Shown piece after piece: positions 54,301 through 64,000 of a stretch of 64,000 nucleotides of DNA (its first letter is position 1; every line of letters starts with the position of its first letter). The notes under the pieces are model-generated. The model saw only the letters and a list, made by a program, of their open reading frames with translations. It had not been told where the DNA came from and searched no databases. Source of the stretch: Octopus sinensis (Eukaryota); contig NC_043003.1 of the NCBI RefSeq assembly GCF_006345805.1, positions 25,916,001 through 25,980,000 on the forward strand. The letters run 5' to 3'. The translations under genes and the position numbers were made by a program.

Positions 54301-55594
54301 CATTCATTGAAGATCACAGGTAAATGTGTGTGTGTGTGTGTGTTTGTGTCCTCTTTGTCTTTGTTCAGGCACTATGCAAAAATAAGGTCACCATTCAAAT
54401 AATCTGTCACTGTTTACATTCTGCTACAAAAAAACATATTCCTGACATTGGGCTGTTCAACAGTTGAAGGACTCACAGAAACATTTACTTACTTGGAAAC
54501 AAGTGAAGGTTGGTGACAGGAAGAGTATCTGACCATCTGCCAGGTTTTTCTGACATCACTGACTGTTTAGCCAGTGCTAAGTTATATCAGTTCAGCTGAT
54601 TTTCAGTCAGATATTTGGCATTTGTCTGGCTGTCACTGATAATCTGTAATACGGTGAAATCATGCCAGTGCTGACAACATACAATGTTGTCAGTGCTTTT
54701 AACCCTTTCGTTACCAACCTGGCTGAAACCGGCTCTGGCTCTGAGTACAAATGTTTTGTTTTCATAAGTTCTGAATTAAAATCTTCCACTAAACCTTAGT
54801 CACAATTTATGTTCCTGACACTAGCTGAATGATACCTAAGTTGTTTTACTAAATTCTTTATTATATTTAAAGTAATTGAAAGAAACACAGAGCATCTCAA
54901 AATAAATACAGTAATGAAAGGGTTAAATATTTGTTGCCTTCAAGAGATGATTTCTTGGATATTTACCGCAGTCCTAGGTGTTATGAACAATGCATCAAAT
55001 TATAATAATAATGAAATTATTGTATACAGTGCTCAGGTGCTCCACAACTTGTCAAAAGTGCGTATAAAGCATATGCAGTAATGTACAAATGTCTGGGAAG
55101 TGAACAGTGTATGAGTCAGATACATGCTTGCGCGTGTATGGAGAGGAGAAAATCAGGTGTAGTGTTGGCGAATCTCAGAAAGCATGGAAGTTTTGAAGGA
55201 TGCAGTGCTCCGACAACTAACAACTGATGCCGACAGTTTGTACCATACTTCAGCAACTCTTAGCATGAAAAAATGTTTCTGAAAGTCATGGGAGCTGTGC
55301 TGTTTTCTGTCTTTGTAAACATGTCCACAGGTGTTAGACAGGTGGAGTTTGAAAAGGTGCTCAGAGTTGTTGGATGTGCTAATTAATTCTACCTCAGTAT
55401 GTTTCATGTGATAGTTGCTAGCAAGAAAATATGGATGTTCAAAATGATGATCAACTGCATGTCACTACCTTTCTTTCTTTTCCAGTTTATATTTGTCTCG
55501 AGATGAAATTGATAACCCACACAAACCAAAATTATGGAATATTTACAGAGAGAATTTTGCTATTATAGCTTCATTTGAAGACGTTAAGGATTGA
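25712..55594 (+). CDS. VSP: Voltage-sensing phosphatase (VSP/TPTE family; voltage sensor + PTEN-like phosphatase + C2), 14 coding exons, ~562 aa
   Basis: join(25712-25962,28613-28816,30089-30232,31373-31539,37801-37865,41303-41363,42162-42243,44498-44648,46222-46302,49958-50063,51919-52016,52764-52859,54246-54319,55486-55594). All introns are GT-AG, phases match, total 1689 nt with no internal stop. Motifs: S4 RxxRxxRxxR, [48 protein letters not shown]. Confidence 0.96.
26688..26800. repeat. Compound trinucleotide microsatellite (GAT)(GTA)(GAA)(TTA)(CCT)
   Basis: Read directly from the sequence. Confidence 0.9.
27675..28580 (+). repeat. Head-to-tail cluster of family A SINEs upstream of exon 2
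   Basis: Five same-strand copies or part-copies. The last ends ~30 nt before the acceptor. Confidence 0.8.
28613..28816 (+). CDS. VSP: VSP exon 2 (S0, S1, S2: [10 protein letters not shown]...[14 protein letters not shown])
   Basis: ctgttttaacag acceptor, GG|gtttgt donor. S1 Asp and S2 YFMLE match VSP voltage sensors. Confidence 0.92.
29742..29789 (+). ncRNA. Minimal type I hammerhead ribozyme relic (right arm of inverted repeat 29580-29856)
   Basis: GTCT-CTGATGA-A-GGGATAT/ATATCCC-A-GAAA-C-AGCT-G-TG-AGAC. The cleavage triplet is GUG. The minus-strand mate at 29642-29689 has GUA. Confidence 0.7.
30089..30232 (+). CDS. VSP: VSP exon 3 (S3 and S3-S4 loop: [17 protein letters not shown]...DHHSYV)
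   Basis: tttttccatgaag acceptor, AA|gtatgt donor, phase 2-2. Not in the ORF track. FF..W.D..D S3 motif present. Confidence 0.9.
31089..31130 (+). ncRNA. Minimal hammerhead ribozyme candidate, second family
   Basis: AGAGT-CTGATGA-GACTCTGTAGATGT-GAAA-C-CATTG-G-TT-ACT. Core intact, helices I and II weak. Related pieces at 30370-30429 (-), 30461-30487 (+), 31011-31062 (-). Confidence 0.55.
31373..31539 (+). CDS. VSP: VSP exon 4 (S4 and linker: [15 protein letters not shown]...[20 protein letters not shown])
   Basis: ttctgttgccag acceptor, G|gtaatg donor. Four periodic Arg and the phosphoinositide-binding motif. Confidence 0.96.
34667..34752 (+). ncRNA. Degenerate hammerhead ribozyme with long helix II
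   Basis: TTTAC-TTGATGA...ACACCC-GAAA-C-AGCT-G-TA-GTAAA. Helix I 5 bp, C3 changed to U. Confidence 0.5.
37276..37545 (-). mobile_element. RTE-clade LINE 3' end
   Basis: IGHTLRK...[13 protein letters not shown] remnant with a (GAA)n tail. Confidence 0.75.
37801..37865 (+). CDS. VSP: VSP exon 5 ([22 protein letters not shown])
   Basis: ttttttatttag acceptor, gtaagt donor. PTEN-family IAMSFP and YRNP motifs. Confidence 0.95.
38884..40026. repeat. Inverted plus tandem duplication flanked by (TA)n
   Basis: Arms 38884-39134 / 39191-39443. Direct copies 39131-39533 / 39623-40026. Confidence 0.95.
40304..40428. repeat. Small MITE-like inverted repeat
   Basis: attcttatacaagaatgttgttgacagtgact / agtcactgtcaataactttcttgtataagaat. 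Confidence 0.75.
41303..41363 (+). CDS. VSP: VSP exon 6 ([20 protein letters not shown])
   Basis: ttttgattccag acceptor, A|gtaagt donor. YNLC motif. Confidence 0.95.
42162..42243 (+). CDS. VSP: VSP exon 7 ([27 protein letters not shown])
   Basis: ctaattttcag acceptor, AA|gtaagt donor. DDHNVP (WPD-equivalent) loop. Confidence 0.95.
42367..42818. mobile_element. Older family 1 MITE split by a SINE (42389-42619, minus strand)
   Basis: 16-bp duplication TTGTGACCATATTTCT at 42373-42388 and 42620-42635 flanks the SINE. Confidence 0.75.
43990..44400 (+). mobile_element. SINE family B, full length, just upstream of the catalytic exon
   Basis: Close match to 1901-2310. Confidence 0.85.
44498..44648 (+). 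CDS. VSP: VSP exon 8 (catalytic P-loop HCKGGKGR at 44568-44591)
   Basis: ttatttttggcag acceptor, gttagt donor. The GG (not AG) in the CX5R motif is VSP-type rather than PTEN-type. Confidence 0.97.
44690..45340 (-). mobile_element. Highly decayed CR1/L2-like RT fragment
   Basis: [11 protein letters not shown] resembles the LFADD motif. Many stops. Confidence 0.4.
46222..46302 (+). CDS. VSP: VSP exon 9 ([27 protein letters not shown], gating/TI loop)
   Basis: atgcttctcag acceptor, CAG|gttagt donor, phase 0-0. Confidence 0.95.
46414..46795 (+). mobile_element. Helitron-like element (second family), intron 9
   Basis: A|TCTATAATATAAAA start, CTCG|T end. Second copy at 51153-51870. Confidence 0.5.
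46880..47260 (-). mobile_element. RTE-like LINE C-terminal fragment with C2H2-type motif
   Basis: [23 protein letters not shown]. Confidence 0.65.
47707..47996. repeat. Near-complete ~290-bp imperfect palindrome (MITE-like)
   Basis: Arms pair almost to the centre (~47855). Confidence 0.85.
48140..48740 (-). mobile_element. Retroposon 3' tail family ending in (GAT)n, with internal ~65-bp tandem array
   Basis: catcatcatcgtttaacgtcc..ccatgctagcatgggttggac motif. Other copies at ~9040, 19560, 26040, 32556-32890 (opposite strand), 33930, 35875, 40520, 56110, 61450. Confidence 0.75.
49299..49820. mobile_element. pogo/Tigger-like MITE
   Basis: TA flanks. TIR TCGTAAATCCTCAAGTATA / TATACTCGAGGATTTACGG. 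Confidence 0.7.
49958..50063 (+). CDS. VSP: VSP exon 10 ([19 protein letters not shown]...ITAIK)
   Basis: tctctattacag acceptor, G|gtatgt donor. RYVGYF motif. Confidence 0.95.
51153..51870 (+). mobile_element. Helitron-like element interrupted by a CR1-type LINE 3' fragment (~51303-51672)
   Basis: Matches 46414-46795 on both sides of an insertion that has an (AAT)n tail and a [11 protein letters not shown] remnant on the minus strand. Confidence 0.55.
51919..52016 (+). CDS. VSP: VSP exon 11 (C2: [14 protein letters not shown]...NCQ)
   Basis: ttgttgttctag acceptor, CAG|gtgagt donor. GVG.G.GSDL motif. Confidence 0.94.
52764..52859 (+). CDS. VSP: VSP exon 12 (C2: VIKYTDSD...[16 protein letters not shown])
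   Basis: tttctatcaacag acceptor, gtaagt donor. CPVL..DIKV.F motif. Confidence 0.93.
53480..53764 (+). mobile_element. RTE-clade LINE RT-proximal fragment, uninterrupted frame
   Basis: [30 protein letters not shown]...[23 protein letters not shown]. Confidence 0.9.
54246..54319 (+). CDS. VSP: VSP exon 13 ([24 protein letters not shown])
   Basis: ttttctgtttcag acceptor, AG|gtaaat donor. Contains the Tyr equivalent to Ci-VSP Y522. Confidence 0.95.
54703..54922. mobile_element. piggyBac-type MITE family 1 (opposite orientation)
   Basis: TTAA flanks. Reverse complement of the 2879 copy. Confidence 0.85.
55005..55405 (-). mobile_element. CR1-type LINE 3' fragment (sister copy ~52258-52730)
   Basis: CGHVYK..K......KHFF.LRVA.VW.KL.ASVV motif and an (AAT)n tail. 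Confidence 0.8.
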
Positions 55595-55595
55595 G
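55486..55595 (+). CDS. VSP: VSP exon 14 ([24 protein letters not shown]...KD*; stop 55592-55594, donor at 55596)
   Basis: ttctttcttttccag acceptor. R.E.DNPHK motif. TGAG|gtaagt. Confidence 0.94.
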
Positions 55596-56496
55596 GTAAG
55601 TCGTTATTCAGCTAATCAATCAGGTCTTCTTTTTTCCTTATTCCTCCTGCTCTTGTCTTTTTACTTCTTCTTGCTTTCCTCCTCATTCTATCTTTTTATT
55701 TTTCATTTTTTACATAAGTATGGTGTGGATGGAAGAATTGGTAGGTTATTAGTAAAAATGCTTTGTGGTATTTAGTTACATCTTATATCTATGTCCAGAT
55801 TTCATTTTAGTGGATAAAATAAGTAAGCCAAGTATTGGGGTTGATGAAACTGACTTGCTCTCTCCCTCTAAGATTGCTAGCCTTGTGCCAAAATTAGAAA
55901 CCATTAAAGGTAGCAAGCTGGAAAAATTATTAGCACATTAGACAAAATGCCTAACACTATTTCTTCTGACTCATTATGTTCTGAGTTCAAATTCTGCTGA
56001 GTCAACGCAGCTTCAGTAATGGACAGTCAACGACTATTGAAGAGGTTGCAAGACGCAATGAAAATTTTAGAAAAAAATAAGTAAATGAGTGGAAATTGAA
56101 CCAGTGTGTATCATCATCATCATCATCATTTAACGTCCGCTTTCCATGCTGGCATGGGTTGGACGGTTCAACTGGGGTCTGGGAAGCCAGAAGGCTGCAC
56201 CAGGCCCAGTTTGATCTGGCAGTGTTTCTACAGCTGGATGCCCTTCCTAACGCCAACCACTCCGTGAGTGAAGTAATAAGGCTCTGAAGGAGAATGACTC
56301 TCCCCAAACACAATAAAATGGGTTAAATGGTTTGACTAGAACTGATAAGTCGGAGAGCTGCACCAAATTCCAGTCTGATTTGGCATGGTTTCTATAGCTA
56401 CATGCCCTTCCTAACACCAACCATGCCAAGAGTGTAATGGGTGCTTTTTACTTGCCAGTAGCACGGGTGCCAGTTACATGACACCACAGATGTTAA

Positions 56497-56717
56497 CCCT
56501 TTCGTTACTGTATTTATTTTGAGATGCTCAGTGTTTCTTTCAATTACTTTAAATATAACAAAGAATTTAGTAAAATAACTTAGTTATCATTCAGCTAGTG
56601 TTAAGAACATAAATTGTGACTAAGGTTTGGTGGAAAGTTTTAATTAAAACCTTATGAAAACAAGACATTTGTACAACAGAGCCAGAGCTGGTTTCAGCTG
56701 GGTTGGTAACAAAAGGG
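56497..56717. mobile_element. piggyBac-type MITE family 1
   Basis: TTAA flanks, CCC...GGG termini. Confidence 0.85.
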
Positions 56718-57119
56718 TTAAAGGATAATGAGGTTTTGTGTAAAGTTTATGCTGTGAATGTGTTGTGTTATATTGTTTAAACTTGGTGCAGCAATGCATT
56801 GTTGAGTGCAGAGAGCAAGATGAGGTAAGACAGACATCTCGGTCATCTTTTGCATCAAATCTTCATCCCCCTGCTCTCTTGACCTGGTTTTGTCTTACCA
56901 CTGGATTGAAGACTGTTACAGTGCACAACTCCAGTCACAGCACAAGTCATCAGGGATGGCATCTTTGTTGCTCCGATGGATGAACATGTTTACTGTTGAT
57001 TCTATGTAGTTTGTATTTTATTTTCATTGGATGATAAATTGTATAGGAGATGTCATGTGCTGAGAGTTTATTCTAAGTCTTAATTATTAAAAAAAAATTT
57101 TTTTTCCCTTCTTTGTTAG

Positions 57120-60100
57120 TTGAACGAACATTCCAGATGAAACCGAAGTTGTTAAATGAACAAACAACCATAAAACAAAACCAAGACCATCCCGTTTTCG
57201 CTATTCATTGAAGTATGTATCTGCTGTCATGTTATGACTCGGAACGTCCCCCCACTCCCCCTAACAACAACAACCTTGTCTAAGCCTCATTTACGAGTCA
57301 TTTAGTGAAATGCCTTGCTATCATGGAATGGTGAAGGGTTGTATCCAATGAAGTTTATTCCCTCCTACCACAACATTTTTATCATGCAAAACATGAAACA
57401 TTTATCAAGAACTGTTACGCCAATGAAATATTGAAATTTTGATCACCCGTGGTTAATCATTTCCCTTTCTTCATAAAGACTGTGCCAAACTCAACAGGTG
57501 GGGGGTGGGGATTCTGTAAAATAACACCATTTAAATTAAACTTAGTATACATAAAACTTCGTACTTGATGTGGTGGTGATATTACGACAATCATAACCTG
57601 CTCTCCTGTTTTCTAGAAAATCTTATACTCAGTTCATTTCAAACGTGTATGAAATTTGAAAATCATTTCAGTTATAACAAATTTCAGCCATATTCAAACA
57701 GATATCATTGTGTGGAAACAGTAAACTCTAAAACCTTGTAACATTTAATCTGCCTAATTTAGTTATTCAGAGAAAGATTTTAAAACCTGTTAATTTTGGT
57801 ACATTGAATTATGAAAATGCTCCAACTCTGCCTTCCTCTACATTGAACCACTCAAATTATATATCGTTAGGTATTTAATTAACATTCCTAACCTTTCACT
57901 TTGCTCGTATTCAGGGAAACCTTTAGACCAATGGTTAAAAACCATTTTTTGCCTATGGGCCTCTTTGATTCCTGTTTTACTCAGGTTTGTGGCATGAAGG
58001 TGGGACCTTCATAGCCATTTGATGTCAAAAAAATGTTTTTGATTAAATATTATTAAGAATTGTAGAAAAAATGTTTAAATATTATAATTACCCATAAAAT
58101 TTATATACCAAAATCTTATATGAACCTCGTCCCCAGGGCCATGCCCTCCCCCCTACCATTGAGAACCACTGCTTTAGATGATGCTAAGCTATCAGTTTAA
58201 TTGTATAGGGAGGAATAGCTAACCCACTAATTGTGGTAGGTGTTAGTTAACCCTTAATGTGTGGCATCAATCTAACTACTCTAAAGGACTCATTGAAACC
58301 GTGTTAAGCTTTCATTTCAAATGTGTTAGAAAAAATACTTAAGACCATTAAGTTATCAATCTTTCCTATGACAAGTTAATCTAGATAACCATACTGGGAT
58401 ATTCCTTTTGTCTAAGATATTTGTTTAGTTATACTAGGAATAGGTTAACCCTCTTAAGCTATCGATTTATTTTCACTTGGAAATATATACATCTACCAAA
58501 ACTAAGTGTCCTATGGAATTATCTAAAGAAATAGTGAAATTTGTTGATGTAGTTATTTAACAGAAAATATTGGCCCTTCTCTTCAGCATGGATTTCTTTA
58601 TTTTTTAAGCTCATCTCTAATATTTTTTGTACTTTTTTTTTCAACCAAAAACAAAAATGGGATGGGGGTAAAGAGAGGCTTTGGGTTTACATGTTTTCAA
58701 TATCAGGGATTCACAATCTGCAAAAATTGTCTTTTAAATTTGAAAAATAAAATATTTTTTTTTAAAATCAGAAACTAATTGGAGGGTTAGAACAATGTAT
58801 GCCTACAGTATTTTCTCCACCCCCATTTTTTTTTGTTTGTATTTGGAGTGTATAAAATGCATTTCATTTGTATCTAAAAGGAGCATTAGTTGTTTCACTT
58901 TCTGATATTTTAAATGTTTCCATTTCAATTTATTTACAAGGAAAATGTAAACAAAATTCATACACACATTCAAAAAGTACAAGCATTAATCTCTCAACCA
59001 TTACCAGCTTCTGATCTAAAAGAAAAATTTTTTTTTTCTTTTAATTCAAAAAAGAAAAAAATTATAGATTCTGAATGTCTGAACTAAAATCCAAAACCAT
59101 TTGAAAAATTTTTATTTTTGAAGGCATAATGAAAAATTTTGAATAAAAGTGGGTGTAAAAAAAGTCCACACTTAAATGAATAAGTACCAAAATATATAAT
59201 GTGTGTCTTTGACTCTACTAGTGCTAATATTTCTAAGAAGTTTCAAATATGTTTTCACACTAGCTACCTACTCTCCCCTATTCTGTCTGCCTGCTTCTTT
59301 GGCTTTCTTAAATTTTTCTTACATAGGAACTCTTATGTAGACACATACAAATGTTTCTATTAATATTCAATTCAGATAAACTCTGTTTATAAGATAAATG
59401 GATATTATTTGTAAAGAAGTGTGTAATTCATAAGTATGGAAGCATCTATCTGCTGCAAATATAGGTTTGTTAAATATGGAAATTCTCAACTGCTAAAATA
59501 AATACAAATGCATAAAGAAACTTCTTTCTGAATAGTTTAAAATATATTACAAAATAGTCTTATTATTTACAGTTGACAGATATTTGTCCTCGTCTTGTTT
59601 GTTGTTAACAACAAACAAGATGAAAAATATCCGTCAAATGTAAATAATGTACATAATTCCTCATCGCTTAAATATAGAACAGAATTAGTCTTGTCTCTGG
59701 GATCTAGGTTCAAGTCTCACTGCACTTGATGTTTGCCAGTAATATACTGGAGGAACGAGTTAGTCCACACAAATTGGCCTTGTTGCACCACCTGTGCAGG
59801 AAATTATTATTTGTGTAAGTTCTTGGGGTGGGGATAATCTTTTCTGAAAGCAAACAAAATGGGTGAAACTTCTAGAAAGCTTAGATTTCCAAATTTACAA
59901 ACTGGCTTCAATCCTGAATGAAAGCTATAAATGTCATTTCACTTATTGAAAGGTATGAGTACCACTACATCATTATTTTCTCTCCTTAAAATTTAGGAAT
60001 TTATACACCACTTAAAAATAAAATCTAATATTTATCAATAATCCCCGTCCCAAAAAATAAATAAAAAATGGAAATTAAATGCAAATTTTTAAAAAAAACT

Positions 60101-60600
60101 TGCTATTTCATAAAACAGATTTTAACCAAATTTTTTAAGAAATGGAAGAATTTTTCAGAAATACAGAAATAAATGTTTTTTTTAAGAAAAATATATTTCA
60201 AAGTTTTATTTTGTGAAAAAAAAGGAAAAAAAACAGCTACGCCCCACCCTCATCTTGTTTCTCTTCCACCCACTTTTCCATATCATTTATACTCCCTGCC
60301 CACCACCTCTGAGTTTTTTTGGTTTTCTTTTTATTCTACTGAAGAAAAAAAAGTTGTATTAAAAAACAAAAAGATTAAAAAAAAAAAGAAGAATTTGAAA
60401 ATAATTCCAATTCTGAATTTGTTTAATATTTTTATCAAACAAATCTAATATTAGGGCAATCGGATAACATCTATCGTAATTATATTTTGACTAGAGGTCC
60501 ACTGGCCCCTTCTGTTTGTACTCTTGTTGTGATGTAATTAATCCCACAAAACAAAATCATTAGAAAAATATTCAATCAACAATAAAAATTAAAGAAAAAC
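57120..60600 (+). other. Putative VSP 3' UTR exon(s); 3' boundary approximate
   Basis: Strong polypyrimidine acceptor (tttttttcccttctttgttag, AG 57118-57119). About 3.5 kb that is unusually poor in SINEs and microsatellites. Several AATAAA (e.g. ~60056, ~60581). Confidence 0.55.
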
Positions 60601-62862
60601 GAGACAAAAAAAATTTGTATATAATTGCAACATTGGTGTTCTTGTTATTATTCAAAATTGGTTCAAGATTCTTGTTTTCAAGATGGCAAAGGCTATTCAT
60701 GCTTCCTCCTCCTTCAGGGACATCAACTCTTGGCCTGATGACTGAAATCAAGTAGATGCTTTTTCAACCATGTTTAACATTTTAGGAAGAAACCAAACTC
60801 TAGCTCTGAATGGAAAAGCTTGAGAACAATCCTCTAATCAACATGGGTAATCCTCCTCCCCACCACTCAGGCTGAAGATGTCCCTCCTGGTTCGTAAACA
60901 TCATGGCTTCAATGGAAGACACTCAACCACCTGAGAATGCGATGATCAACATTGCTATGATCAGATAGGGTTACAAGTGTAGTCCAGCCACCTGTGAATC
61001 ACTGGCACTCCATCAGTTACAACAATGAGGGTTCCAGATTATCTGATCAATAGAACAGCCTGGTCAAGAAATTAATGTGCAAGTGGTTGAACATTCCACA
61101 GACACGCATGCCCTTGATATAGTTCTTGGGGAGATTCAGCATGACACAATGCGACAAGGCTGACCCTTTGAAATGCAGGTTCTGCTCATTTTTGCCAGCT
61201 GAGTTGACTAGAGCAACATGAAATAAAGTGTCTTGATCAGACATAACCACTGCCAGCAATTGAACTCATGATCTTGTGATACTGAGCTGAATACTCTACA
61301 ACCCAACTCCTGCAACACAAATGACTGTACAAAGTTCACTAAAAATGCAGAGAACTTTATAAAGGAATGGGGAATTGTTAAACAATGATTATATCTTAAA
61401 GAGTTAAGAAGATGAAATTGATTAGAGTGTGTGGGGGAAGTGTTGCATTGTTGTCATCATCATCATTTAGCATCTGCTTTCCATGCTGGCATGGGTTGGA
61501 TGGTTTGACTGAAGCTGGTAAGCTGCACCAGGTTCCAATCTGATTTGGCATGGTTTCTATGGCTGGATGCCCTTCCTTTATAGTCCCAAAAAATGGTGAG
61601 CTTGTATAGATTTAATAGAACACAGGAAAAACGCTTTGCAGAATTTGTTCCAGCTATTTGCATTCTGATTTCAAATCTTGCTGAGGTCAGCTTTATCGAG
61701 AGGTAGGCCCTGAAATGGCACGCATTCTCTCCCGATGACCCCATACACTTGCTGGCTTCCGGTATGCAGAGTTCTTGACTGGTAGCACTTGCATGTGCAA
61801 GTTGTTTGCAAGACATCTAAATTAAACATTCTATGAAAATTTCATGTTAGTTTATATTCCAAACACCAGTTTTATAATGACAAAATTGTTAATAAATTCT
61901 TCATTATTTTGAGTATTAATTGAAGCAAAGGCAATATCTGTTAACAGAAATATGGTAATAAAAGGGTTAAATAAAGTCCCTATCAATTACTTGAGGTCCG
62001 TTTTTATTGTTGGTTGCTTATCTGCCTTATGAGAGATGGAGGACTTCTAATACAGACTAAAAATTAATAAAACAGCTGAATGTTGCCTGTGATATACAAG
62101 CATTTGGCTAGGAAAAGCTGTGTCACTTCTACCTATCAATACACAAATAGGAATTTACTACGTGCCTGAGAACATAACGCGCCTGAACAAATACTTAAAG
62201 GTATATTTTTTCTGATGCTCTAATAAGTCTGTCATCTCACCAATTTAAATAATTGTATAAAATTTTGGCATAAGGCAGGTAATTTTAAAGGTGAGAAGTT
62301 TAGTTGATTACATAGACCCTTGTACGTGACTGGTACTTTATCAACCCTGGAAAGATGAAAAGTGAAGCTGACCTCAGTAGGATTTGAACTCAGAACATAA
62401 TTGGAAGAAATACCACTACGCATTTTGTCTGACACATTAAGAATTCTGCCAGCTTGCCACTGTCCATGAAAATTTTTCCCCATGTATTGTTTTCTTGTTT
62501 TCTGAAACAAACAAACAAAAATAAAAGCCTTTTGCATATAAATAAGTCAGGAATACTAGGAACAGTGTTAGTAAAAATCATCTTAATTTGTAATTAACAA
62601 GAGCACTCAGACAACACAAAGCTCTGCCAAGGCAACACCAACATCCTCTCAACAATTAGAGATGATTTTTAAATCGAGAATATCTGAAATAAACTCAACT
62701 GCTCTCATAAACGAGAATACTAAAAATTAACCTGACTACTCCCAAAAATGAATTTAAAAAACAGGAAAAATAATCCAGAATCCTTGTCTGGTACTGGATC
62801 GATCCCAAAATCGAATCACTTCATGCCAGTTTTGAAGACAAACATACATACGTGTGTGTGTG

Positions 62863-62897
<35 letters not shown>

Positions 62898-64000
62898 CAA
62901 GGTTCTTTCAGTTTCCGTCTACCAAATCCACTCACAAGGCTTTGATCAACCCGAAGCTATAGTAGAAGACACTTGCCCAAGATGCCATGCAGTGGGACTG
63001 AACACGGAACCATGTGGTTGGTGAGCAAGCTATTTACCACACAGCCACTCCATATACAAACACACACTTGCATGACACACACATCTGCATGTATATATAA
63101 GTGTGTGTGTGTGTGTGTGTGTGTCTACACACACACACATACATCGATAAATGTATGCATTTACAAACAGGATAAAATTAAATATTTTGTACAAGAAGTA
63201 GAGTTAATAGTTTTTATAAAACTACATATTAATCAGTGTGTGTGTGTATATATATATATATCTGTACACACATGCATATATATGTGTGTGTGTGTATGTA
63301 AAAGAAAATTATGGCTTTTACTTTTTTAAGCAATATTATTTGATTATTTCATGATTTCAATAAAGAAAATATATTTTCAGTCAACAGACAGAAATTTATT
63401 GAAATTGAATTTTTATTCAATTTCTCACTTGTTTCCTTTTCCTCTTCCAAAGCTTTCCTACATTTTTAAAAAATGTATAGTTTTTTCTCTTTTTAATTTC
63501 TTTTTTTGTCAAGTCTGTGTTTTTAAATATATTTGCAGATTGTGTACATCAGATTATTTATTCAGCTCAGCAGCTGTTTACAATATCAGTGAATGTATTA
63601 TTCATTGCTTCCCATCTTGAAGGTAACATATCTCATCTGGGCATGTGACTCACTGAACTTGGCAGGATCTGAGCTCAGAATGTAGAATGTATTTAATGGC
63701 CAGTTGTTCCAATGCTTGAAGCAGTGGAGAAGTCAAAGTTGAGCTTTGTGTGAGAAAAAACCCACAAATAGAGAGGTGAGAGTTGAACTAAAGACTGGAA
63801 AGTGTTTTAGTCTAGTGTAACCATTACAATATTCCTTAGTTAGGCACAGTGCTACAAATGTATGGAGAGGATGAACAAAATATAGGTGTGTTTGTGCAAA
63901 GGTATTAGTAGTATCAAGTGAAATAAGCTCATAACTAAGATCCACCCTGCAGCCTTAGCTCTTGGAGTTTACCTTCGTTTATATGGTTTTAACCAGTTAT

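Noticed and set aside
63130-64000. 3' end of a neighbouring minus-strand gene
   Set aside because: Only AT-richness and a short ORF, with no identifiable exon.

Overview
Eukaryotic, AT-rich, microsatellite- and repeat-dense DNA. The repeat landscape points to an octopod cephalopod (inference). One protein-coding gene is recognisable: a + strand voltage-sensing phosphoinositide phosphatase (VSP/TPTE family). I assembled it by eye from 14 GT-AG coding exons (25712-55594, 1689 nt, 562 aa) with consistent intron phases. It has an S1-S4 voltage sensor with four S4 arginines, the [11 protein letters not shown] linker, an HCKGGKGR active site and a C2 domain. It is colinear with Ciona VSP (sequence recalled from memory) from the linker to Tyr522, but the gating-loop 'glutamate switch' (Ci-VSP E411) is Gln. 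The stop codon sits 1 nt before a further intron. The rest is transposon-derived: tRNA-type SINEs, RTE and CR1 LINE fragments, Helitrons, a DD37D (maT) Tc1/mariner element, and piggyBac/mariner/pogo MITEs. Less routine items are hammerhead-ribozyme-bearing inverted repeats around the S3 exon, a U6 snRNA retrocopy fused to a SINE, and a young inverted-plus-tandem duplication in intron 5. The 5' exon and promoter could not be located. All alignments were done by eye.
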